This document shows positions 13,266 to 25,776 of a stretch of 64,000 bases of DNA, piece after piece (within the stretch, counting starts at the first letter, position 1; every line of letters begins with the position of its first letter). The notes under the pieces were generated by a model. It made no database searches, was not told where the DNA came from, and was given only the letters and a program-made list of their open reading frames with translations. The stretch spans positions 2,294,001 through 2,358,000 of the forward strand of contig OZ251226.1 of the NCBI GenBank assembly GCA_965240325.2. The letters are read 5' to 3'. The stretch is from Rebecca billardiae RCC1528. Taxonomy: Eukaryota; Protista; Haptophyta. A program made the position numbers and the translations under genes.

Positions 13266-15277
13266 ATGCGCTGGCCACGCGGCCTGGCACTGGCGACGCT
13301 CGCCTCTGTCGCGTGCTGTGCGCATGCTGCCGCGTGGACGCGAACATCTGGCCCTTCGCATGCCCGCCGCCCGGTGGCGGCCGCTTCCTGCCGGCCGGTG
13401 CGCACCGTCTCTATGGCCGCCGCTGATGAAGCGCCCGATCCGGAGAAGGCAGCAAAGGCGCTGATGGCGTGGCTGAAGAAGCGCGGCGCATCCATCGACA
13501 GAGTACGGATCGAGCAATCCGAGCCCGGCACGCTCGGTTGGGGCCTGCGCGCCGCCGCTGCGACCGACGCGGGCGAGGTGCTTGCCACTGTCCCCGACGC
13601 GTGCACGCTCGCGACGACGGATGACGCGATGGCGCAAAAGGCGCTCGCGGCACTCGAGGCGGAGGTGCCGACGGCGCACTGGCCAGTGCAGCTCGGCCTG
13701 CGCCTCCTCGTCGAGGCGAGCGACCCCAAGTCCGACTGGGCCGCCTACTGCGCCGCGCTGCCCGGCGCGTTCCATGCAATTCCGCTCTTCTACTCCGATA
13801 CCGCTCTGCGCGCGCTCAAGAGCAGCTGGCTGGCGGAGCACGTGTTCGAGCAGCGCGAGCTGATCGAGGCGGTGATCGGGCGGCTGGAGGGCGCCGACGC
13901 GCCCTTCCGCGACGGCCCCATCAGCGCGGCAGACCTGCGCTGGGCGACGGCGATCGCGTCGAGCCGCGCGCTGCGCGCGGATGGCTCCGACACCCTCGCG
14001 GACGCGGCCGAGCCGGAGGGAGCGGCCGGGTACGCGCTGGTGCCGCTGCTCGACGTGTGCAACCACGAGTCCGACCCGACGTGCGCGCTCGAGCGCGACG
14101 CCGCCGGAGGCGCGTTCACCCTCGTCGCCCGCCGCGCGCTGCGCGCGGGCGAACCGCTCACCGTGAACTACGGCGCGCGCATGGGCAACGGCGCGCGGCT
14201 GCTGCGCTTCGGCTTCGTCGAGGCGGAGGATGAGCACGACTTCGCGCTCGCGCCCTTCGACGACGAGTCGCTCGACGCGGCGCACTTGCTCGGCGAGCCC
14301 AAGCCGATGGCGTCCGGCCTCCACGTCGGCGGCGTGCCCGAGCCGCTCTCGCGCCCGCCGCCGTCTGTCGAGGCCGTCAAGGCCGGCGCATCGCTCGAGC
14401 CGTTCCAGCGCAGCCGGCTCGAGACGCTCGGGCTGGTGGGCGCGGCTGCGCAGCCGATGCTGCGCTTCAGCGCGGAGCGGATCGACGGGCGCCTGCTCGC
14501 GGCGCTCCGCGTCCTGTACGCGCACGCAGAGGACCAGCTGGAGGTGCGCGCTCGCGCGCGCGCGCCACGCCCCAGCGCGACGCGCTCGGACGCGCGCCCG
14601 CGCGCACAGCGTGCGGCGCCCATGGCCGCTCCGACCTGCGTTGTTGACTGCCGGCCGCCCGGCACGCGCGCGCCTCCGTGCGTCGCGCGTCGCCGCAGGG
14701 CCACGGCATCGACGCGCTGCAGACCGACGAGCGCCTTCTGGACGACAGCCTGGAGGAGCAGGTGCGGCGCACCGCCCTGGGCTGGGCGATGCTCGTGGCG
14801 GGCGGCTGTGCCGACCCCGCGCTCACGGCAGGCTTTGGCGGCGGCATCGGGCGCACAGACACGCACATGCTTGTCGCCGGCCGCGCCACCTCCACCGGCA
14901 TGCTCAGCACGAACGGCAAGACGGCGCTCGGCCTGCGCAAGTCGCAGCTCCGCGCGGCGATCGGCGCCCTGCGGCACGCGAAGGGCACCCTGCTGCACAG
15001 GCAGCCGATCCAGTCTGCGTTCCTCGACCCGATCGAGCGCAACAAGCGCATGGACGAGGACGAGAGCACGGGCGACGGTGAGGACGACGAGGACGAGGAG
15101 GGCGGCGAGGACGCGAAGGGCGACTCGGAGGGCCTGCTGCTCGACGGCACCGCCGAGCCGCCGCGCGACGACGAGTTCCTCCCGCCGCCGGACTCGCTGC
15201 CCGGCAATCTCTTCGAGGACATGGACGCCGCCGGCGACGTGCCCGCTGGCGCGGATGTGGTGGGCAAGGCGGAGTGA
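13266..15277 (+). CDS. SET-domain protein of the Rubisco LSMT/SETD3-like family, probably plastid-targeted. Intron 14544-14698
   Basis: Signal peptide plus transit-like N-terminus. GWGLRA, WATAIASSRA, LVPLLDVCNH, NYG...LLRFGF motifs, plus an LSMT substrate-binding-like segment (LLAALRV). Confidence 0.85.
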
Positions 15278-16275
15278 GGGCTCGTGCGTGCAGCGTTGGG
15301 TGTGGCTCGCGCGTGCTCGCGCGTGCGATCGCATCTCAGGCGATGCTGGTGCCGCCGTGTCACGAGCATGCATCGAGACAAGCTCGGAGCGCGTGTGGCT
15401 CGAATGGGCGCATGAGTCACGGCGGCTGCTGCGCCCGCACTGCTGCGGTGTTGGCGGGCTGCCGTTCTACTTTTATTAGTTTTAATCAGCGCATCATCGC
15501 TGTTTCGAATTCGGACGGTCGCGGCAGCGTTCCGCGCCGATCACTAGCGCAGCACTTACAGTCTTACTAGCTCAAGGCCCAAGGACTGAGTGAGCGCGCG
15601 CGCCACAGTGCGGCCCACTGACTCAGGCGAACGGCCTGCTGGCTGCTGTCTGCCTGTCTGCCGTGCTGAGTGTCAAAGTAATTAGTAAAGCTGCGACCTG
15701 CGTGCCCGACTCACGTCTTAATCACTCACGACTGCCCGTGACGACAGTCACTACACTCACAGATGACCCCCGACCTAATTGAACCGGCGGCGCCGGCCAG
15801 TCACTCCTCGCGAGTCGCGGCAGCGGCCTCGCGGTCGGGGCCGCATGGCGCATCCGGGCATCGGCGTCCGAGTCTGCACGGTCCAGGACCAGGACCACGG
15901 CGCCACGTCCGTCAGCCCTGTCGCCCGTCTGTCGGCATTCGGAAGCTGGCAACGGCCGCGCGACGTGCGCGTCTGGCCAGGCTGATTGATGAGTGATGAT
16001 CTACGCTGCTGATTTAGAGTAGTCTGTCGTCTGACTCCGTTGTCATCACCGCTGTGATTGTCGACAGATTGATCACTTGATGGCTGAGCCGTGAGAGAGG
16101 CGTGAGCAAAGGAAAGATGGCGTGAGCTTGGCTGCTTGGGTTACTTCCGGAAGGGTTACTACTGACTGACTTGTCTTGAGTAGGCTTGCGCCTGCCTTCC
16201 ACGCGGTTGCAGCGCCGCCATCGTGCGACTCCTCGGCCTCGCATCATTCGGCATCAAGCCGGCCGACAATCCAGC

Positions 16276-17277
16276 ATGTGGTCGCGTGCGCTGTCAGCGT
16301 CCGTGCGCTCGGCGCGGCAGCCGCCGAGCGCGGTGCTCCTGCGGCTGGGCGAGCCGGTACGTGCCGGCGTGCGGGCGGTTTCCACGCTCACGCGCGTCCA
16401 CCGTCCACCTCGTGAAGCCGTACGCCCGGCCGCGAGCGCACAGACGCCGGCATCGGGATTGCTTGCGCGCCACCTCTCGGCCTTCAGCGCCGACGTTGGC
16501 CCACTCGCGCTGAATGTGTTGCAGCCGAACCCGGGCGCGACGAAGCAGCGCAAGCGCGTAGGCCGGGGCGACGGCAGCGGACGTGGCGGCACGAGTGGCC
16601 GCGGGCACAAGGGCGCAAAGCAGCGCTCGGGCAAGTCGATCCCTTACGCCGGCTTCGAGGGCGGGCAGACACCGCTGTACCGGCGGCTGCCAAAGCGCGG
16701 CTTCTCGAACAGGCGCTTCGAGCGCCGATTCGCGGAGCTGAACCTGGACACGCTCGCTCAGTTCGTGCGCTCGGGCCGGCTGGCCGTGCCCGCGGACAGG
16801 GAGATCACGATGAAGGATCTGCAGGACTGCGGAGCCGTGCGCATCAGCATGTGCGTCGGCGCGCCGCGCACGCCTGCGCCCCTCGCGCCCCCGGCGCGCA
16901 CTGGTTGACCCGCGCTCCGGGCGCGCTCCGTCCGCCCACTGCGCAGGCATGACAAGGGCGTCAAGCTGCTTAGCCGCGGGCAGCGCGACTTTGACGTGCC
17001 CGTCCGCCTCGTCGTGAGCGCTGCCGCCACGAAAGCCATCGAGGCTGTCGAGCGCGCGGGCGGCTCCATCACGACCATGTACCACGATCGGATCGCGCTG
17101 CGGCTGCTGCTCAAGCCGCACAAGTTCGAGCTGAAGCCGCGGCCGGCGTACCCGCCGCCGCGGCTGATGGCGCGCTACATGGATCCGGAGAAGCGCGGCT
17201 ACCTCGCGGAATGGGCGAAGGAGCAGGCCGCGGCCACTCCGGAAGCTGAGGGCCAGCCCTTGACGAAGGCGGAATGA
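16276..17277 (+). CDS. rplO: Ribosomal protein uL15, probably mitochondrial. Intron 16851-16946
   Basis: [28 protein letters not shown]...[17 protein letters not shown]; GVKLL...[10 protein letters not shown]; Arg/Ser-rich presequence. Confidence 0.93.
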
Positions 17278-17463
17278 AGCCAGACCGTGGGCGTTTACGA
17301 GCGGGCCAGCGGGCGTGAGCGATTGCATCAGTGTCTCCGAAGTCTGTCGTCAAGAGAAGCGTCGTCGATCTCCAGGAGCCTTCATGATCACATATATATT
17401 ATTGAATAATCTGATGGCTTACAGAATACACGGGGACGCAGAATAGTGAGTACTAACGGTAGT

Positions 17464-17929
17464 ATTGTACCGTTACGAGAGGCGGGGTCAGAGCCCCACT
17501 GTGGGGTGTGTGGCCCAAAATCCAGCTTTCTGCCGTCTTGAGATGAGGCTCTCAAACTTCGGGATGTCAATATTCGCCTGAAATGACCTGGGGTCACGCT
17601 GATAAGTTTTGCGAAAAAATGTCACATACTGGAGATATACGACCTCAATCTCGACGCGATCTCGGCAACATTAGTAGGGGAGGTATACGATCTCCAAGGT
17701 GATCTCGCTATTTGCACCAGAATCGCACCGGCCAGATCACATTTTGATTTTTGGCAGTCTGAAATTGGCACAGGCGGATTCTACACCCTGGAATTAGGCC
17801 TAAACGAACTTCAAAACGGACTCAAACAGTTATTAATAGAGGAAATATTTCATATTTCGAGATTTCGGGAGATTGTGTCACTCGGGAGTGTAACGGTCGG
17901 AGCTCTGACCCCACTATACATTGTACCGT
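17464..17929. mobile_element. Putative non-autonomous TIR element (MITE-like)
   Basis: AT-rich ~450-bp insert with inverted GGGGTCAGAGC (17484-17494) / GCTCTGACCCC (17902-17912), flanked by a 10-bp direct repeat ATTGTACCGT (17464-17473, 17920-17929). Confidence 0.55.
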
Positions 17930-18285
17930 CTGACCGTCAGACTCCGTAACTCGTAAGTTTACTGTTTAGTCTTATTTAGTCTTTAGTCTTTAGAAGGACT
18001 TCAGTGAGACTGATGCGGTCCTCGACCGCAGGCTGCTACAGTAAAGCTTTATTACAGTACCGACGGTAGCTTACGCCGGGACCGGGTGTCACGCCGACAG
18101 TGTCACAGTGTCACGCGCCCGACGCGCCGCCGCCGGGCCCGCGGCTGGGCGGCTGCGCTAATAGTAATAAAATAAAATTAAAATATATCATATTAATTAT
18201 AAATAACAATAATTTTATAATAAACAAAGCCTGACTTCTCGGTATCAGACAAGTCTGCTCAGTGCGCATGAGCGATCGAGCATCA

Positions 18286-18783
18286 TCAGTCACTACCTGC
18301 AGCGTCCGCGCCGCCGCTGCGCGCCGTGTCGATCTCGTCGTATCTCCGAAGCATCTCGGCGTTCCCTTCTTGCCGCAGCGCCGCCTTGCGCGCCTCGATG
18401 TGCGCGCGCACGTTCGCGTAGTGCCCGTCGACGCCGGCTGGTGCGCCCCCGCCCGCCCCCGTGCTCGCGAGCTGCTCCTCGATCAGGCTCATCAGCATGC
18501 CCACCGTCCTCGGCGCCACCTCGTCCGTGAGCTCGTAGTAGTAGAGCTGCTCGTCCAGCAGCTCGACAAACAGCGCCACGTGCTGGTTGGAGACCTGCGC
18601 GCGGCCGAGGGGGCGGCGCGAGGCGCGCGCGGGGCGGGGAACGGTGAGCTGCGCGAGGAGGCGCGTCGCGGATGGCACCGAGCACGGGACGCCGCACGAC
18701 GCCAGCCGCGCGCGCACCTTGCACGCGTCCGCAGTCTTGAGCGCGCGCTGCAGACACTCCCGCACGCGCTTGCCGTCTGTGTA

Positions 18784-18821
<38 letters not shown>

Positions 18822-21219
18822 TCGCGTCCGCGTCCGCGGCGCCGGGCGCGTCGCTGCCCGGCGCGGGCGTGCTCGTGGGCGCCCAGAACAGGTGCGCGGC
18901 GCGCGCCACCGCGCGGCACTGGTCCGGCTTCTTGAGCAGCTTCGCCGAGTACTGCGTCGCCTTCATCGCCAGCGTCTCGTAGTTCTCCGCTGACAGCGAG
19001 CTGCGCGGCGGCACACGCCGTCGATGGGTGCGCGAGGCGGCGCGGCACCGCGCAGCCGGGCGGGGTGCGTGGGCGGCGCGTGCGGGCGGGCGCGCGGGTG
19101 GAGGACGGCGCGTGGCGCGCGCGCGCGCGGCGCGCAGCCCGGGGTGGACTGCGCCGCCGCCCTCGCCGCCGCGCCCTCGCGCGCGCCGCGCGCACGCCGC
19201 GGGCGCGCACCGCATCTGCCTGAGCGTGCCGACCGCGATCGCGATGGCGGCGCCCTGCGCCTTGGAGTCTGACAGCTCGTCCTCAAAGAGGATGAAGGCC
19301 TGCGTGACGAACTCGTAGGCGATCTGCTCGAGCGCGCACGCGTCGGCGGCCTGCGCCGCCTGCAGGTGCAGCCGCAGCGCCACGCCCGCAGCCTCCGGCG
19401 GGAAGTCGCTGATCGTGCGGTGGACAAACTCGAACATCTTTTTGCATGTGAGCTTGGGGGGCGCGGGCGCGTCTGCGCTCGCCGCGGTCGCGCGCGCGTG
19501 GATGCGCATGGCCAGCTCGACGCAGCGCAGCACGAGCGGCACCATCGTGCGCCGCGTGCGCCGCGGGCCCGCCTTGCCCAGGTGCGCCCGCGCCACGTCG
19601 AGCATCCGGCCCAGCTGGTCCGTGTCCTCGTGCCTGAAGAAGTGCAGCAGCCGGCACACCAGGCCCTGCTCCTCCTGAAAGTCCTCGTCCTCCTCGTCGT
19701 CCTCGGCGTCGTCCGCGCCCGCGGCGCCGTCGGCGGGGGCGGGGGCGCAGATGAGGGGCTCGATGAAGGCGAGGAGCTGGTCCGCCTGCGCGTGCTGCCG
19801 CACCACCGTGTCGTGCTTGATGATCGCGCGCACCAGGTCGATCGCCACCGCCTTCTGCTCGGCGTGCTTGAGGCACGCGCGCAGCGGCAGGCATGAGCGC
19901 AGCTCGAGCAGGCCGAGCGCGTCGCTGCCGTACGCGCCGAGCGGCGCGACGAGGAGCTGGGTGACGAGCTTGGAGGTCTGCGCGTCGAGCACGCGGGGCA
20001 CGCTCCCCAGGTACTGCACGCACGCCGCGAACACCTCGTCCACGCACTCGCGCCGCTCGGGGTGCGCCTTGAGCGCGAAGCCGACGAGCGCGCCGTGCAG
20101 TTGCACGACCTCGGCGGGCGCCATCCCCGCGCCGTGCTGGCTCACGACCTCGGCGGCGTGCTTCGTGAGCAGCGCGAACGCGGGCACGTCGTCGGGGATC
20201 GCCTGCGCCCCGCCGGCCGGATCGGCCGCGGACGAGCTCGTGCCCGCGCCGCCGTCGCCGCCGCCGCCCGCGGCCGCGCGCGCGGCCGCGGCCGCATGCG
20301 CGCCGAGCCGCTGCAGCAACGCCACGAGGATGCCCTTCACGTCGACGCCGGGCTGCAGCTTGGCGACGTGCTCGAGGAAGGGCTCGAGCGTGCGCAGGTG
20401 GAACTCGTCGGGGAACACCTGGATGATGCACTCCATCAGGTAGTGCTGCGCGATCTGGTCCTTGCAGTTCACCACCTGCTCGAGGATGCGAGGCAGCACG
20501 GTGGTCGCGTACTTGTCCGCGTCGATGCCCTCGAGCTGCGAGAGCCGGACGAGGTTGGTGCCGACGAGGATGCGGAGCTCCTGCCGCTCCTTCTCGCGGC
20601 GCTCGCGCTCGCGCACCGGCCCCTGGTGCTGGATCCGCACCCACAGCTTGTTCATCTCGACGAAGTTGCACAGCACGAACTCGATCGCGTCGTCGACCGT
20701 GCCGCCCTTGCCCTCGTACTCGGAGCCCGTGTCCGGCAGCTTGTCCTTGGACATCTGCGAGAGGTAGTTGCGCAGGAAGAGGCCGCGCAGCGGGTGCTGC
20801 ACGCCGCGGCACATCTCGACCAGGTCCTTCAGGATGTCCCGCGCCGGCGCCTGCTTGCTCTTGATGTACGTCGCGCCGACGGTGACCAGGAGGTACAGCC
20901 GAGGCAGGATGTTGCCCGCGTGCTGCACCAGCTCGTACAGCTCGAGCATGCGGCGGCCGCCGAGGCGCTGGTCGTCGGCGAAGAAGGCCTCGAGGTAGCG
21001 CAGCTCATCCGTCGTCGTCATGTACAGCTCGTAGTAGTTCTTCGGCGAGAGGAGCGAGGTGCGCAGCTCGGAGATCATGTTGGACGAGTGCTTGAGCGCA
21101 TCGCGCAGGTTGTTGGCGTCGAGAGCGCGCTTCATGAGGTGGCCCTGCTGCCGCACGTTCTGCAGCGCGTCGTGCTTCCAGCGCTCCTGCTCCTCCATGA
21201 AGGCCGGCCCCGAAGCCAT
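18286..21219 (-). CDS. VPS35: Vacuolar protein sorting-associated protein 35 (retromer). Introns 19001-19210 and 18595-18717
   Basis: SELRTSLLSPKNYYELY, ELVQHAGNILPRLYLL, CRGVQHPLRGLFLRNYL, KLLKKPDQCRAV. Confidence 0.97.
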
Positions 21220-21346
21220 CTCGCCGGCGGGTCCGACGCACGCGCGCGGCTGTCGGCGGCAGTCGTCTCACAGCGATGCCGCCCGTCGCGGCGCTTCAAC
21301 CCAAGAAATGGGAATTACAAAAAGCTTTTGGAGGCGAAAATCGGCA

Positions 21347-21380
21347 TTCCCGCCAAAAACGCTCCATTGCGGGCGGGAAA
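21347..21380. promoter_or_regulatory. Two E2F-like sites in the VPS35/SPT16 divergent promoter
   Basis: TTCCCGCCAAA (21347-21357) and GCGGGAAA (21373-21380, = TTTCCCGC) match the TTTSSCGS consensus. Function is not shown. Confidence 0.35.
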
Positions 21381-21502
21381 TCCGATCGCGATAATCTCCA
21401 ATAATCCGGATGCGTTCGCGACGACGAAGCAGGACCTGGTCGATCGCCTCTCCGCGCAAGGCCGCTGCGCCACTGGCCAACCGCGCGCGCGAGCGGGCAA
21501 CC

Positions 21503-24500
21503 ATGGACGTAAGGGCCCGCGCGCGAGGCCGACGGAGGATGCGGAGCGAGGGGCTGACGGCGGGTGTGCGCGCCCCGCGCGCGCGGCGGTGCGCGTGGAT
21601 CGCGCAGGCGGAGTTCCATGTCGACGCGGACCTCTTCTGGGAGCGCCTCGGCAAGCTGCACAGCAGCTGGCAGGTGCGCGTGCGAGCCGAGAGCGCGCTC
21701 GGCGCGCGCGCATGCGGCGGCCGTGGCGCGGCGGGACGGGGGGGGCATCGCGTCGCTCGTGCAGGCGCGCGTGGGCTGAGCCTGGGTGCGCTACTCGCCC
21801 CGCCGCCGCGCCGCGCAGGATGCTCGCGGCAAGGACGCGCTGTGGAAGGGCGCGGACGCGATCGTGATCGACACGGGCAAGTACGACGAGGATGCGATGT
21901 ACCTGCGCTCGACGTCGCTGCACAACTGGCTGTTCGGGCTGGAGATGCCGGACACGGTGATAGTGGTCACCGAGACCATGCTCTACGTCCTCGGCTCGGC
22001 CAAGAAGGTCGCGATCATCGAGCCGCTGCAGTCGAAGCGGCCGAGCGACGCGAAGCTGTCGGTGCTGTGCTACACGCGCTCCAAGGCGGACAAGGACGCG
22101 TCGAACTACGCGACGCTTGTGGAGAAGGTGAAGGGGTCGCACGACGGCCGCGCCGTGGCGATGCTGCTCAAGGAGGAGCCGAAGGGCGACCCCGCCGAGC
22201 GCTGGCGCACCGCGCTGCGCGGCGCGACCGCGGAGCAGCTCGACCTCGGCCCGATGGTCGGCGAGCTGCTCGCGCGCAAGGACGCGGCGGAGCAGACGCT
22301 GGTGAAGCGCGCGGCGCTGTTCTCGGCGAAGCTGCTCGAGGAGTACGTCGTCGGCGAGATCGAGAACCTCGTCGACCGCAAGATCGACAAGCCGCACAGC
22401 GATCTCGCGACGAAGATCGAGGACGTGATTGGCTCGGACACGCTGCTCAGCCAGCTCAAGATCCCGCCGAACAAGATCCCGGATCCGAACAACCTGGACA
22501 CGGCGTACACGCCGATCATCCAGTCGGGCGGCGTCTTCAACCTCAAGCCCTCCGCCGAGTCCACCGACGACCCGCTCCACCACGGCGACGGCGTGATCAC
22601 CGTGTCGCTCGGCGGCCGGTACCGCGCGTACTGCGCCAACATCGGCCGCACGTATGTGATCAACCCGACGAAGGCGCAGGCGGCGGAGTACGCGACGCTG
22701 CTCGCGGCGCACGAGGCGGCGGTGGGCGCGCTCAAGCCCGGCCGGCCCGCCTCCGACGCGCTGCAGGCCGCCGTCGACGCCGTGCGCGGCCGCGACCCCG
22801 CCCTCGTGCCCAAGCTGACAAAGAACGTCGGCTTTGCGACCGGCCTCGAGTTCCGGGACGCGAGCTTCGTGCTGAACGCGAAGAACACGCGCTCGGTGGA
22901 GGAGGGGATGGTGTTCAACGTGGCGCTCGGGCTCGAGAACCTCGAGAACCCGCGCGCCAAGAGCGCGAAGGAGCGCGCGTACGCCATGTTCCTCGCGGAG
23001 ACGGTGCTGGTGGGCGAGGGCGGCGCCGAGGTGCTCACGACGGGCTGCACGCGCGCGTGGGCGCAGGTGTCCTACCAGATCGCGGACGAGGACGAGGGGC
23101 CGGCGGCGGGCGAGTCGCGGGGCAAGGAGAACAAGCCCAAGCCGCCCGGCAAGTCCTCCGCCTCCAAGGTCGAGCTCACCCACTCGCGCACGCGCGGCAA
23201 GAACCAGCAGCAGGCGGCCGCGCAGCTGGACGAGCAGCTGCGCGAGCACCAGAAGGAGCTCGAGGAGTCGATCACGCGCGACGCGCTGCGCAGGCTGGAG
23301 CGCGGCGGGGAGGGCGGGCGGGGCGGCGGCGCGAAGAGCTCGGCGCTCGCCGTGCCCACCGCGTACCCCTCGCACGACGCGCTGCCGCGCGACCTCAAGT
23401 ACACGCAGACGGTCGTCGACGCCAAGGCGAACGCCGTGCTGATCCCAATCTTTGGGACCGTCGTCCCGTTCCACATCACGACGATCAAGAACGTGACGCG
23501 CTCGGAGGAGGGGCAGTTCACGTACCTGCGCATCAACTTCAACCCGCCGGGGCAGGGCCTCAACACGCCCAAGGACGCCGCGCCGCTCATCGAGCAGTTC
23601 AAGCTGCACGACTGCGTGCGCGAGGTGACGCTCAAGGCGCGAGACCCGAAGAACCTCAACACGACGCACCGGCTCATCAAGGAGCTGCGCTCGCGCGTGA
23701 TGAAGGAGAACAAGGAGCAGGACGAGAAGCGCGGGCTGGTGGCGCAGGAGCCGCTGCGCATGACCTCCGGCGGGCGCGTCAACCGGCTGCGCGACGTCAA
23801 CATGCGGCCGCACCCGTCCGGCCGCAAGTCGCAGGGCCTGCTCGAGCTGCACCAAAACGGCGTGCGGTACACTTCCAACAAGGGCGAGCGCGTCGACATC
23901 ACCTTCAAGAACATGCGCAACTGCTTCTTCCAGCCGGCGCAGAAGGAGCACATCGTGCTGATCCACTTCCACCTGCACGACGGCATCATGATCGGCAAGA
24001 AGAAGCACGCCGACGTCCAGTTCTACGTCGAGGTGATCGAGATGTCGCAGGCGCTCGACCAGGGCAGGCGCGGCGGCGGCGATGGCGACGAGCTGGAGGA
24101 AGAGCAGCGCGAGCGCGCGCTGCGGAATCGGATGAACCAGGAGTTCCAGTCGTTCGCGAAGAAGCTGGAGGAGCAGGTGCGCCGCCGGCGCCGCGCGCGC
24201 CACGCCCGCCGCTCGCCGCCCGCGCGCGCGCGCACGCGCGGCGCGCGGCGCGGCGCGACGTGTGGCGACCCTGTGCGCCCGCCACGCCCCTACGCCCCTC
24301 ATCTGCCCGGCCTTCGCTCGGCCGCGTACCGCCGCGCGCGCCGCCCCGCCCACCCGCGCGCGCGCGCAGTCCGGCGAGATCGAGTTCGACATCCCGTACC
24401 GCGAGCTCGGCTTCAACGGCCTGGCCAACAAGACCTCGTCCTTCATCATGCCCACGGTGAACGCCCTCGTCGAGCTGATCGAGCCGCCATGGCTGGTGGT

Positions 24501-25363
24501 GAATATCTCGGACATCGAGATTGTGCACTTTGAGCGCGTCGTCTTTGGCCTCAAGAACTTCGACATGGTGATCGTCTTCAAGGACCTGGCACGCGACCCG
24601 GTGCGCGGCCCCGCGCGGCGCCGCGCCGTGTCGCCCCCGCGCGGAGCGCACCGCGCGCTGCCTCGCGCCGCGCCGTCGCCTGTGCCGCGCGCGCGCACAC
24701 GCCGACGCCCACGCCGAGTCCGCGCGCGCCGCGCGGCTCAATCGCGCCGCGCGCCCCTGCCCGCCTCGCTCCGCGCCGCGCGCGTGCTCGGCCTCGCGCG
24801 CGCAGGTGCACCTCTCGACCGTCGAGATGTCGTCGCTCGACTCGATCAAGACGTGGCTCGACTCGTGCAACATCAAGTTCTACGAGGGCACGGCCAACCT
24901 GCACTGGCCCGCCATCATGAAGACGGTGCGCGAGGACCCGCGCGGCTTCTACGAGGGCGACTCGTGGCGCTTCCTCGACCTGCAGGCCAAGGACTCGGAC
25001 GAGGAGAGCGAGGAGTCGGAGGAGGAGTCGGAGTTCGAGCCGTCCGGCTCGGACGAGGAGGAGGAGGACGACGACGACGAGGAGGAGGACGACGACGACG
25101 AGGACTTCTCCGCGGAGGACGAGGACGACTCGGAGGAGGGCTCGCTCGACTCGGACGAGTCCTCGGGCAAGGACTGGGACGAGCTCGAGAAGGAGGCCGT
25201 GAAGCACGACCGCAAGCGGGGCGTCGTCGAAGACGACAAGGCGCGCGGCAAGAAGCGCAAGGACGACGACAGCTTCGACGACGCGAGCAGCGGCTCGGAC
25301 AGGAAGCCCAAGCCGAAGAAGAAGGCCGCGCCGGCGCCGCCGCTGAAGAAGGCCAAGAAGTGA
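21503..25363 (+). CDS. SPT16: FACT complex subunit SPT16. Introns 21509-21607, 21674-21818, 24177-24369, 24601-24805
   Basis: YTPIIQSGG, SLGGRYRAYCANIGRT, VPFHITTIKN, FFQPA...IHFHL...IMIGKKK..DVQFY, EFDIPYRELGF, EIVHFERV...KNFDM, and an acidic C-terminal tail. Confidence 0.97.
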
Positions 25364-25776
25364 CGCGGCCGTGCTCGCCATCTAGATATCCGGCCGTCGG
25401 GCGCACCCGGCCGCGCACAGAGAGGCCCGTCCAAGGGCCCGCGCCGCGATGCCGAGGACAAGCGGCGGGTCGCGGTGCGCACGCCAAATATGATGCCAGT
25501 ACGTAGGAGCGAGTGGTGGTGACAAAGGGTCTCGTCAGCTCCGGCCGGCCGCCATCGTGTCGTGGGGGGGGGGGTTGTGTGGTATCGGGGGATTCGGGGC
25601 CCAGGATGCATGATGAATAGAAGGTGGGTAGGCGACTCATCGGACGATCTCCCGCTGGACGGCGCCCGATCTCGACCAGTTTCGGTTGCGCCAGTCCGGA
25701 TGAAACGACGACCTTGTGGTTAGTTGCAAGGCAAGGGGTGTCGTCCAGCAAGGTCGTGAGTGGGGGCGGCACACTC

